Shown here: piece after piece, positions 1 through 7,919 of the stretch
Layout of the letters: each line of letters starts with the position of its first letter
Numbering within the stretch: position 1 is the first letter of the stretch
Assembly: GCA_020849625.1 (NCBI GenBank)
Contig: JADLFV010000123.1
Coordinates: forward strand, 10,605-74,604
Origin: Phycisphaeraceae bacterium
GTDB lineage: Bacteria > Planctomycetota > Phycisphaerae > Phycisphaerales > Phycisphaeraceae
Direction of reading: 5' to 3'
Length of the DNA stretch: 64,000 nt
The notes under the pieces: generated by a model
Databases searched by the model: none
What the model was told of the DNA's origin: nothing
What the model saw: the letters and a program-made list of their open reading frames with translations, nothing else
Made by a program: the position numbers and the translations under genes

Positions 1-639
1 GAGTGGTGGGGCAACAATTCCTACGCCAGGAGCCGCGCCCGCCAGCTCGCCGAGATGGGTTATGCCGCGTTCGCTGCCGACATGTACGGCATGGACAAGA
101 CCACCGAAGACCCCGAGCAGGCCAAAGCCTGGGCATCGGCTTTTTACCAGGACCAACGCCTGTTGCGCGACCGTGCGGAAGCGGGCCTCGACATCCTGCG
201 CAAACTTCCGCTGTGCAAAGACCAACCCCTGGCTGCCATCGGCTTCTGCTTCGGCGGCAGCACCGTGCTGCAACTGGCCTGCGACAACCCCGATCGCCTC
301 GCGGCCGTGGTCAGCTTCCACGGCAATCCCGCGCCCCCGGAAGAAAAAGATCCCGAGCACATCCAACCCGCCATCCTCATCTGTCACGGCGCGGACGATC
401 CGTTCGTCTCCCCCGAGTCCTTGCAGGCCGCCATCGACGGCTTCAGGCAGCACAACGCCGACCTGACGTTGATCGAATACGAAGGCGCCAAGCACAGCTT
501 CACCAACCCCGAAGCCGACGGCAGCTTCAACGAAGGCGCGATCTATCACGAGGAAGCCGCCAAGAAGGCCTGGGCGGACATGCAGGAGATGTTCGAGCGG
601 GTGCTGAAGCCGCAGGCTGAGACCAGCCATGAGCCATGA
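1..639 (+). CDS. Dienelactone hydrolase family protein (5' end cut by window edge)
   Basis: Frame 1 is open from nt 1 (EWWGNNSYARSRARQLAEMGYAAF...), stop TGA 637-639. DLH-type alpha/beta-hydrolase hallmarks: GFCFGG, ICHGADDPFV, EYEGAKHSF. Confidence 0.75.
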   Translation, partial: EWWGNNSYARSRARQLAEMGYAAFAADMYGMDKTTEDPEQAKAWASAFYQDQRLLRDRAEAGLDILRKLPLCKDQPLAAIGFCFGGSTVLQLACDNPDRLAAVVSFHGNPAPPEEKDPEHIQPAILICHGADDPFVSPESLQAAIDGFRQHNADLTLIEYEGAKHSFTNPEADGSFNEGAIYHEEAAKKAWADMQEMFERVLKPQAETSHEP

Positions 640-650
640 GCCACCGAGGG
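626..650. repeat. Solo tandem-unit arm (GCCATGA GCCATGA GCCACCGA GGG), no inverted partner nearby
   Basis: Same GCCACCGA/GCCACCAA unit family as the hairpin at 10307-10398. Overlaps the stop codon (637-639) of the hydrolase gene. Confidence 0.5.
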
Positions 651-688
651 TTCGATCCAAGGACCAAAAACCAACAATCCAACACAAA

Positions 689-720
689 CATCAGCGATCC
701 GCAATCAGACATCAGAGATT
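689..720. repeat. Solo copy of the CATCAGCAATCCGCAATCAGACATCAGAGATT arm
   Basis: 31 of 32 nt identical to 43068-43099 (right arm of hairpin 43006-43099); related to 54414-54444. Confidence 0.8.
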
Positions 721-793
721 CTCCTCTCTCTCCACCCTCCGTCATCTGCCATTCCCTGCCCCTGGCGGGTAATCATCCACCTGCTGCGCTCTG

Positions 794-827
794 AGCCCGC
801 TGGTCCAACGATCGGCGGGCTTTTTTT
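794..827 (+). terminator. Rho-independent terminator
   Basis: Stem AGCCCGC (794-800) pairs with GCGGGCT (815-821), followed by T7 (821-827). Confidence 0.65.
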
Positions 828-1107
828 GATTCGTTCGAGTGTGAACAATTAATTTTTAGAATATGCAGTTCTGCGATATGGGCGCGCACAGTGCCAGTTA
901 TAATGCAGCCGCGGGGTGTTCGTTGGGGCGAGTTCATTGCACGCCTGTTTCGGGAGAACACCCTTGGCCCAGTTGATTCCGTTGACCACAACGTCGTCGC
1001 TGCCCGGCGGCAGCGCGATGTCGCTATCGGATAGACACTACGGGGGCATCGCGCCCGGGTAATTCATCGTTTCATCGAATCGTCCGAAATGCAGGAGAAA
1101 GAAACCG

Positions 1108-1779
1108 ATGTCCAGAACATCATCTTGCATGGCCGTGCTGGCCCTGTTGCTGTCATCGCGGGCCATGGCGGGCGTCATCGTCACCGCGGTGGCATATGAT
1201 GCCGGCGAAGGCCTCGACCGCTACATCGTCAATTTCGAGAGCACCGATGAGCGCCTCATCGGCGGCATGGATATCACCTTCACCGCGACGTCCCTGCATC
1301 AGCAGCAACCGCAGGGTATGGAAACGATCTTCCAGGACTTCAATTCACTGATGGGTCTGGTCGGCATGGATCCCAGCAAGGACACTCAGTTTCTGTTTGT
1401 AGGTGATTACGGAAACAACCTGATTTTCCACGCTCACATCAATTATGAAAACGACACCACCCTCAGGGCCATGTTTGTGATCGTCGATGGCGGCGACTAC
1501 AGCCCCTTCCACAGCCGCGAGGTGGTTCAACTGGTGGTGCCAAAGGGAACCGCTGTCTCTTACGACGGCCTGGTCAGCTACGCTAAGACCGGTGGGGCCG
1601 TCGATCCGATCAGCGGCGTCATCGTGCCTGAGTCGGCGTCGCTGCTGCTGCTGGGCGTGGGGCTGATCGCTTTGTCCGGCCGCAGGCCTCAAGACAAACA
1701 GCGGTTGTTCGAGCCCCTGAAAGAACCAGGTTTCACCGCAGAGAACGCGGAGAACACAGAGCCCAGACACTTGAAATAA
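1108..1779 (+). CDS. PEP-CTERM sorting-domain secreted protein, paralog 1 (divergent; extended C-terminal tail)
   Basis: AGGAG about 10 nt upstream of the ATG; signal peptide MSRTSSCMAVLALLLSSRAMA. Core motifs shared with paralogs 2-4 (GGMDITFTA, IFQDFN, DTQFLF, LRAMFV). PEP-CTERM-like VPESASLLLLGVGLIALSGRR followed by an unusual ~30-aa tail. Confidence 0.7.
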   Translation: MSRTSSCMAVLALLLSSRAMAGVIVTAVAYDAGEGLDRYIVNFESTDERLIGGMDITFTATSLHQQQPQGMETIFQDFNSLMGLVGMDPSKDTQFLFVGDYGNNLIFHAHINYENDTTLRAMFVIVDGGDYSPFHSREVVQLVVPKGTAVSYDGLVSYAKTGGAVDPISGVIVPESASLLLLGVGLIALSGRRPQDKQRLFEPLKEPGFTAENAENTEPRHLK

Positions 1780-1826
1780 GGCTGCTTTTGATCTTTCTCT
1801 CTGCGTCCTCGGCGTCCTCTGCGGTG
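1734..1826. repeat. Long imperfect hairpin, CGCAGAG(A/G)A-unit family
   Basis: Left arm 1734-1761 (CACCGCAGAGAACGCGGAGAACACAGAG) is the imperfect reverse complement of the right arm 1797-1826 (CTCTCTGCGTCCTCGGCGTCCTCTGCGGTG). The loop contains the stop codon of paralog 1. Same unit family as the outer arms at 47675-47849. Confidence 0.8.
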
Positions 1827-1985
1827 AGTTCTTTTTCAGTTCTTGGATTGATTCTATTTACACAGATTGAACCCGACGCAGGCCATATTGATGTTGGTTC
1901 TGTCTGGCGGCGGTTTATAATGGAGTTGTCCGGTATTCCGCGTGGATCGATTCAACTCTATGCCCCTGTTCGCAGGAGATTCACC

Positions 1986-2573
1986 ATGTCAAGGTATTCT
2001 TTGCTTGTGGCGGCTTTGATGGTTTTTGCTTTGTCCGGCAGTGCTTCGGCGGACATCCAAATCACCGGCGTGATCAACAACGCAGGCCTTACGGTGGCTG
2101 GATATGATCATTGGGACATCACGGCGACCAGTTTCATTGTCGGTGAGCTGATCGGCGGATTCGATATCACCTTCACCACCTCGTCCATGCGTCAGGTCAA
2201 TCCGGCCGGCAATCCCACCGTCTTCCAGGACGCCAATGGCTTCTTCGGCTTCGTGGGTGAAGCAGTGCCCAACGACAGCCAGTTCAATTTCCTGACCTCT
2301 GAGGTGACGATCCCGGCCGGTACGAACGGTGAAAGCAGCACCCAGCTTTGGGCGGCCTTCGTGTTCCCGGCCGGCAGTCCGCATCCCGCCCAGAGCATCA
2401 CCTTCGCTCAACTCGTCGTCCCTGTCGGCACTCCCTGGATTTACTATGACGGTTGGGTCAGCATCGCCAACTCCGGCGGCAAAACGTACCGCGTGACCAA
2501 TTGGCCCGAACCGAACTCGCTGGCGTTGCTGGGACTGGGCGGGATCATGTGCCTGCGCCGCTGTCGGGCGTGA
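1986..2573 (+). CDS. PEP-CTERM sorting-domain secreted protein, paralog 2
   Basis: AGGAG upstream of ATG 1986; signal peptide MSRYSLLVAALMVFALSGSASA. Conserved core GELIGGFDITFT, FQDANGFFGFVGE, DSQFNF, AAFVFPAGSP. C-terminal PEPNSLALLGLGGIMCLRRCRA. Confidence 0.85.
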   Translation: MSRYSLLVAALMVFALSGSASADIQITGVINNAGLTVAGYDHWDITATSFIVGELIGGFDITFTTSSMRQVNPAGNPTVFQDANGFFGFVGEAVPNDSQFNFLTSEVTIPAGTNGESSTQLWAAFVFPAGSPHPAQSITFAQLVVPVGTPWIYYDGWVSIANSGGKTYRVTNWPEPNSLALLGLGGIMCLRRCRA

Positions 2574-2641
2574 GGTTAAGGAACATAAGGATCAACAGCT
2601 TCGCTTCCATCGCAGCGTTTAACCCTTTCAGGAGGTGACTC

Positions 2642-3250
2642 ATGTCAAGAATAAACCTGATCGTCGCTCTTGTGCTGACTGTCATGCTGACCAGCGCGGC
2701 TTCGGCGAGCGTCTATCTCACTTACCAGATCAACAATATCGGTGTGACCGCGGCCGGCTATGACCGTTGGATGATTTCGGCGGTCAGCACCGTGCCGGGT
2801 GAACTAGTCGGCGGGTTCGACATCACGTTCACCGCGCTTTCCATGCGGCAGGTCAACCCTGCGGGCAATGCCTCCATCTTTCAGGATGCCAACGGTTTCT
2901 TCAGTTTCGTGGGCGAGGTGGTCGAGAACGACAGCCAGTTTCTGTTCCTGAGTTCCGAGATTACCGCCCCGGCCGGTGTGGCCCATGAAAGCAGCACCCA
3001 GTTGCGGGCCGCCTTCGTGTTCCCGGCCGGCAGTCCGCGTCCCGGCCAGAATGTCACCTTCGCGCAAGTCGTGGTGCCCACCGGCATCATCCCCGGCTTC
3101 ACGGGCCAGGTCAGCATCGCCAATGCCGGCGGTTTAATACCTGATTTTGATCCTGTGCCGGTGATTCTTCCCCCCATTCCCCCCGAGCCGACGACGCTGG
3201 CGTTGCTGGGACTGGGCGGCGTAATGTGCCTTCGCCGCTGTCGCGCGTGA
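2642..3250 (+). CDS. PEP-CTERM sorting-domain secreted protein, paralog 3
   Basis: AGGAGG upstream; signal peptide. Core nearly collinear with paralog 2 (GELVGGFDITFT, FQDANGFFSFVGE, DSQFLF, AAFVFPAGSP). C-terminal PEPTTLALLGLGGVMCLRRCRA. Confidence 0.85.
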   Translation: MSRINLIVALVLTVMLTSAASASVYLTYQINNIGVTAAGYDRWMISAVSTVPGELVGGFDITFTALSMRQVNPAGNASIFQDANGFFSFVGEVVENDSQFLFLSSEITAPAGVAHESSTQLRAAFVFPAGSPRPGQNVTFAQVVVPTGIIPGFTGQVSIANAGGLIPDFDPVPVILPPIPPEPTTLALLGLGGVMCLRRCRA

Positions 3251-3309
3251 GGTTCATGCGTGTGCGTGATCCGCGACAGCATGTGTCCTGTCTGCTAAAG
3301 GAGATCACC

Positions 3310-3909
3310 ATGTCCAGGATCACCACCATGTTGGTGGCTGTGGCGTTTGTCGTCATGGCCAGCGCGGCTTCGGCAGCCATTAACTTCAGCTATGTCTCTG
3401 ACAATGTCGGCGCGGGCTTGACCCGTTACACCTTCACCGCCAACAGCACCGTGCCCGGGCATTTGGTTGGCGGCTTTGACATGACTTTCACTGCCGACTC
3501 CATGAATCAACTGAATCCTTCCGGCCTGCCCACCATCTTCCAGGACAACAACGCTTCGATCATCTCGGCGGGGCTGGACGTGAACAGGGACAGCCAGTTT
3601 CTGTTCCTGAGTTCCGAGGTTACCGCCCCGGGCGGTGTAGCGTTTGAGAACGGCACCCAGTTGCGGGCTGCGTTTGTGTTCCCGGCCGGCAGTCCGCTCC
3701 CTGCCCAGAGCATCAACTTCGCCCAGATCGTGGTGCCGACCGGCACGGGAAACAGCATCCAGTGGAACGGTGGGGTTTCCATCGCCGGTGCCGGGCTGTT
3801 CTATAATGTTTCCGGCCAAGTTCCCGAGCCGGCGACGCTGGCGTTGCTGAGCATTGGCATGGCAGGACTATTGCGGCGCGATTCCCGGTTGGGAGCTGGT
3901 GACCACTGA
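3310..3909 (+). CDS. PEP-CTERM sorting-domain secreted protein, paralog 4
   Basis: AAGGAG upstream of ATG 3310; signal peptide MSRITTMLVAVAFVVMASAASAA. Core HLVGGFDMTFT, IFQDNN, DSQFLF, AAFVFPAGSP. C-terminal PEPATLALLSIGMAGLLRR. Confidence 0.85.
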   Translation: MSRITTMLVAVAFVVMASAASAAINFSYVSDNVGAGLTRYTFTANSTVPGHLVGGFDMTFTADSMNQLNPSGLPTIFQDNNASIISAGLDVNRDSQFLFLSSEVTAPGGVAFENGTQLRAAFVFPAGSPLPAQSINFAQIVVPTGTGNSIQWNGGVSIAGAGLFYNVSGQVPEPATLALLSIGMAGLLRRDSRLGAGDH

Positions 3910-3993
3910 AGCGAACCATGTGTTAAATGCGAATGCCGGTTGCCGCGCTGAGCGGCCGATTCGACCTGCGGGCCGAACGGGTGTATCAATGGA

Positions 3994-5226
3994 GTGTCGA
4001 TACCCCCGTGGTTGAGAGGTCAGGCGTTGAGCGTGGCAAGTCGATGCAGGGATTGGGCGGGGCGCTGTTATGCCCGTGTGCCGGATCGGGTGGATGAGGC
4101 GTTGCTGCGCCTGTGGCATGGCTGGCGCGAGGCGGCGGGGCGGCAGGTCGGCATCGAGATGATGAGCAACGGTTCCTGTCGCGTGCTGGCGGCCGGGCGT
4201 GCCACGTCGATGGACTATTTCCTGGATCGCCTGCCGGGTGGCATGCCGCGAGTCGAATCGAGCCGCACGGTGAGTCGTGGCGCATTGGCGGCGGCGTTGC
4301 ACGATCAGATCAACGATGCGGACCTGTTGCTGGCGCGATTGCCGCGGCGCTGGTTGCAGCGGCATCCCGGTGCGTTCGACGGCCGCTGGTGGCGAGTGCC
4401 GGAGGTGGTGGGCGAGAAGATCGTGTTGCCGGAGTCGGATACCGCGAATCTGATCCCCTGGAAGAACGCCAGCAATCAGAACAATCTGGCTCGCATTCGC
4501 AAACACAATCTGAGCTGGTCGATTTCTCACGATGAGCGTGACTTCGACTATTTTTATCATCGGATGTATCTGCCGTTTCTTGCGCAGCGCTATGGCGAAC
4601 AGAGCCAGCCTCGCTCCGAGCACCGCATACGGCGGCGCTTTCGTCAGGGCGGCATCCTCTGGGTGACACAAGGCGAACGGAAGCTGGCAGCCGAGGTGTT
4701 CAGCATCCGCGGGCGGCAGTTGTCGAGCCTGTTGATGGCGCCCGAGCCGCGCTATCCGGACGCGGTGAAAATGGGCAGCCTCAGCGCCACGTATCTGTTC
4801 ATGCTCCAGTGGGCTTGGCAACAGGGTTGCCGCGAGGTGCTCGAAGGTGTCAGCCGGCCCTCGCTCAGTGACGGCGTGGTGATCCACAAAAAGCATTGGG
4901 GGGCGCAACTGGTCGATTCGCCCGATGCCCGCCACGATCTGCTGTTCGCCTGGCCTCGCTTCACGCCGCCGATCGCGCGCTTCCTGCACGAATCACCGCT
5001 GGTGGTGCGCGACGGCGATCAACTAAGCGGCCTGACCACCATGCCGTTGGATGCGTCGCCCGATCCCGGCTTGACGGAGCAGCATCTCAAGAGCATCGCT
5101 TCCGCCGGGCTGAGCCGGCTGCACGTGATCGCCGATCCGCCCTGGCGCTGCGATTCGCCGCGAGCCAAAGAGCTGCCGATCTGCTGGATATCCAGTCAGG
5201 CTGCCGTGTTGCCGATATCAGGGTAA
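3994..5226 (+). CDS. Possible FemAB/GNAT-like (BioF2-like acetyltransferase fold) protein; start uncertain
   Basis: 410-aa ORF (GTG start without a well-spaced SD; internal ATGs possible). The region DFDYFYHRMYLPFLAQRYGEQS...GSLSATYLFMLQWAWQQGC resembles FemAB-related/Acetyltransf_6 proteins found in exosortase-associated EPS loci. Assignment by eye only. Confidence 0.45.
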   Translation: MSIPPWLRGQALSVASRCRDWAGRCYARVPDRVDEALLRLWHGWREAAGRQVGIEMMSNGSCRVLAAGRATSMDYFLDRLPGGMPRVESSRTVSRGALAAALHDQINDADLLLARLPRRWLQRHPGAFDGRWWRVPEVVGEKIVLPESDTANLIPWKNASNQNNLARIRKHNLSWSISHDERDFDYFYHRMYLPFLAQRYGEQSQPRSEHRIRRRFRQGGILWVTQGERKLAAEVFSIRGRQLSSLLMAPEPRYPDAVKMGSLSATYLFMLQWAWQQGCREVLEGVSRPSLSDGVVIHKKHWGAQLVDSPDARHDLLFAWPRFTPPIARFLHESPLVVRDGDQLSGLTTMPLDASPDPGLTEQHLKSIASAGLSRLHVIADPPWRCDSPRAKELPICWISSQAAVLPISG

Positions 5227-5254
5227 GCATCCGTCACCAGTCAGCCGGCCACCC

Positions 5255-6634
5255 ATGATCAAAGCGTACGAATTCAAACCCTGGCGGCCGGATTTTCGCG
5301 ACCGGGTCTGGCGCTGGCTCAGCTTCCGGACGGCAATGCCCATGTCGTATCTGGCGGCCATCGCCCGCGGCAGCTTCGGCCGGCGTTGCACGGTGGTGGC
5401 AGTGACCGGATCGTTCGGCAAGACGACCGTGGTCCGCGCCATCCTTAAGGGTTTGCGCTGCCGCGAGAGCACCATGGTCATTGCCAGCCTCAATTGCTTT
5501 GCATATCTCTACTACCAGTTGCTAGGGCAGATGACACGCCGGCGCGAGGCGGTGCTTGAAGTCGGCATTGCCCGGCCGGGCCAGATGGGTCGATATGCCC
5601 GGGTTCTTCGCCCCGACGTGGCGGTGGTCACCGGTATCGGCACGGCGCATGTGGAGTATTTTCCCGCAGGCATCGAACAGTTGCGCAGCGAGAAGGCGGA
5701 ACTGGTGCGCGCATTATCGCCGCGCGGCACGGCTGTGCTCAATGGCGATGATCCCAATGTCGTATGGATGGCCGGCCAGACCGCGGCCCGCGTCATCACG
5801 TTTGGCATTGGCGCCGACGTCAACGTACGTGCCGTTGACGTGCGAACGAACTGGCCCGGCGGCACGCAATTCACCGTGCAGATCAATGGAGCCTCACATG
5901 AGGTGCGGTTGCGCCTGGTCGGCGCTTCCTACGTGTATGCGGCACTGTCAGCGATCGCCGTGGCACACTCCCTGGGCCGTGATGTCAGGCAGGCCATAGA
6001 TGCCCTGGGTGAATTGTCGCCCACGCCCGGACGCATGGAGGTGATCGAACTGGCTTCGGGTGCGACCATTTTGCTCGATGACACCAAGGGCACGCCGCCG
6101 ACGCTGCGGCCGGCCCTCGAGGTTTTGGAGCAGGCGCCGGCTGAGCGCCGTCTTGCCGTGCTGGGTCATTTGCCTCGCACCGCGCCGGCGCCGAAGGAGC
6201 CGGCTTACCGCGAGATGGGCCGACTGCTCGGCCGAGTGCTCGATCGCGCTTACCTGATGCATCGCATCGACTCCCAGTACGAAGCCTATCGTCAGGGGCT
6301 GATCGAGGGCGGCATGGAAGAAGCGCAGATCGTGCGTGTCGTCTCGGTCCATGATGCGGCCGATCAACTGCGTCGCGTGCTGGGCCGAGGCGACGTGTTG
6401 CTGATCAAGGCCCACATTCACGACCGCCTGTCGCGGATCGCCTTGCTGCTGCAGGACGTTCCGGTGCGCTGCCGGGCCGTGGTCTGTCCGCGTCTGAGCA
6501 TGAAACCGTGCTCGGTTTGTGTGATGCTAAGGCGGAACTTCAGCCCGACGTTCACGGATGGCGATAATAAGATGGGAACCAGTGACCCGAGCGGCCGGGC
6601 AGCCGCCAGATGCCGGAGCGATCGAAGATCATGA
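5255..6634 (+). CDS. Mur ligase family protein (MurF-like), paralog 1, with C-terminal 4-Cys motif
   Basis: P-loop VTGSFGKTT, LNGDDPNV, DDTKGTP (MurF-like DDxYNANP position). C-terminal C-x4-C-x7-C-x2-C at 6470-6520. Stop overlaps the next start (ATGA at 6631-6634). Confidence 0.8.
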   Translation: MIKAYEFKPWRPDFRDRVWRWLSFRTAMPMSYLAAIARGSFGRRCTVVAVTGSFGKTTVVRAILKGLRCRESTMVIASLNCFAYLYYQLLGQMTRRREAVLEVGIARPGQMGRYARVLRPDVAVVTGIGTAHVEYFPAGIEQLRSEKAELVRALSPRGTAVLNGDDPNVVWMAGQTAARVITFGIGADVNVRAVDVRTNWPGGTQFTVQINGASHEVRLRLVGASYVYAALSAIAVAHSLGRDVRQAIDALGELSPTPGRMEVIELASGATILLDDTKGTPPTLRPALEVLEQAPAERRLAVLGHLPRTAPAPKEPAYREMGRLLGRVLDRAYLMHRIDSQYEAYRQGLIEGGMEEAQIVRVVSVHDAADQLRRVLGRGDVLLIKAHIHDRLSRIALLLQDVPVRCRAVVCPRLSMKPCSVCVMLRRNFSPTFTDGDNKMGTSDPSGRAAARCRSDRRS

Positions 6635-7917
6635 TCAAACTGCGCGAGATCAACCCGCTGCGACCCGACTTTCCCGGCCGGATGCGATCCTATTTCAACG
6701 GTCTGCTTAAAACGCCAGCTTCATGGCTGGCTCGCGCCCATCGCTCAACCCTCGGCCGAAACGCCACGCTCATCGCCGTCACCGGCTCGTTCGGCAAGAC
6801 CACCACCACCCGCGCCATTGCCGCCATTCTCGGTCAGCACACACGACGCGAAAACTTTGAAAATTGTTTTGCCGGCCTGTACCTGCGGGCCATGTATCAC
6901 ACTTCGGCACACGACATCGCCGTGATGGAGGTTGGCATTGGTCGGCCTGGACAAATGACCCGCTATGCGCGCGTCCTGCGACCGAACATCGCGGTGGTCA
7001 CGGCCGTGGGACTCGAACACGACAAGACGATTCCCGGCGGCATCGAGACAATCGGCCGCGAAAAAGCGGAACTGGTCGTCCACCTGCCGCCTCAAGCCGT
7101 GGCGGTGCTCAACGCGGATGATCCGATCGTCGCCGCCATGGCGGAGCGCACCCGGGCCCGCGTGCTGACCTTCGGCCGCGCTCCGCAGGCGGACGTGGCG
7201 CTGCTGGATGTGCAGCATGAAGGCGGGCGCAGCATGAAGCTGCGCCTGCGCGTGGCGGGCCGGGAGCACGATCTGCACACGCAACTGGTCAGCAGCATTT
7301 CGGTGTCACCCCTGCTGGCGGCTGTGGCTGCGACGCATGCCGCGGGCATTGATGCGGCTGATGCCTGCCGTGCGATTGAAAGTCTGACGCCCACTCCGCG
7401 GCGGCTGGAGTCGGCGACGGCGCCCTGCGGCGCGACGGTGCTGGTCGATGAATACAAGGGTACGCCCGCCACCGCTCATGCCGCTTTCGATGCGGCCGGT
7501 GAACTGGCCAATCCGCGCAAGCTGGCCCTGCTGGGCAACATTCCCCAGAGCACGCCCGAACCGAAGGAGCCGATCCTCCGCGCCCTGGGGCAACACGCGG
7601 GACAGGTCTTCGATCGCGTGCTGCTGATTCACCTCAGTGATGAACACTATCAGTGGTACAGCCAGGGCCTGATGACCGGCGGCCTGGATGCGTCGTGCAT
7701 CACCCGCGTCAGTGATGTATTTGAGGCGGCTGAAGTTTTGCGCAGCCAGTTGAAGGCGGACGATCTGCTGCTGCTCAAGGGGCATTTTTTCGATCATCTG
7801 ACGCGCGTGGTGCTGATGCTGCAGGACAAGCCGGTGCGTTGCGGATTGAAGTTCTGCCTGATCCGCGGCAGCGACTGGTGCGACAAGTGCCCCCACGTGT
7901 TGCGGGACAAGCGTTGA
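6631..7917 (+). CDS. Mur ligase family protein (MurF-like), paralog 2, with C-terminal 4-Cys motif
   Basis: Start MIKLREINPLRPDF parallels MIKAYEFKPWRPDF of paralog 1. VTGSFGKTT, LNADDPIV, DEYKGTP. C-x4-C-x7-C-x2-C at 7840-7890. Confidence 0.8.
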   Translation: MIKLREINPLRPDFPGRMRSYFNGLLKTPASWLARAHRSTLGRNATLIAVTGSFGKTTTTRAIAAILGQHTRRENFENCFAGLYLRAMYHTSAHDIAVMEVGIGRPGQMTRYARVLRPNIAVVTAVGLEHDKTIPGGIETIGREKAELVVHLPPQAVAVLNADDPIVAAMAERTRARVLTFGRAPQADVALLDVQHEGGRSMKLRLRVAGREHDLHTQLVSSISVSPLLAAVAATHAAGIDAADACRAIESLTPTPRRLESATAPCGATVLVDEYKGTPATAHAAFDAAGELANPRKLALLGNIPQSTPEPKEPILRALGQHAGQVFDRVLLIHLSDEHYQWYSQGLMTGGLDASCITRVSDVFEAAEVLRSQLKADDLLLLKGHFFDHLTRVVLMLQDKPVRCGLKFCLIRGSDWCDKCPHVLRDKR

Positions 7918-7919
7918 GC

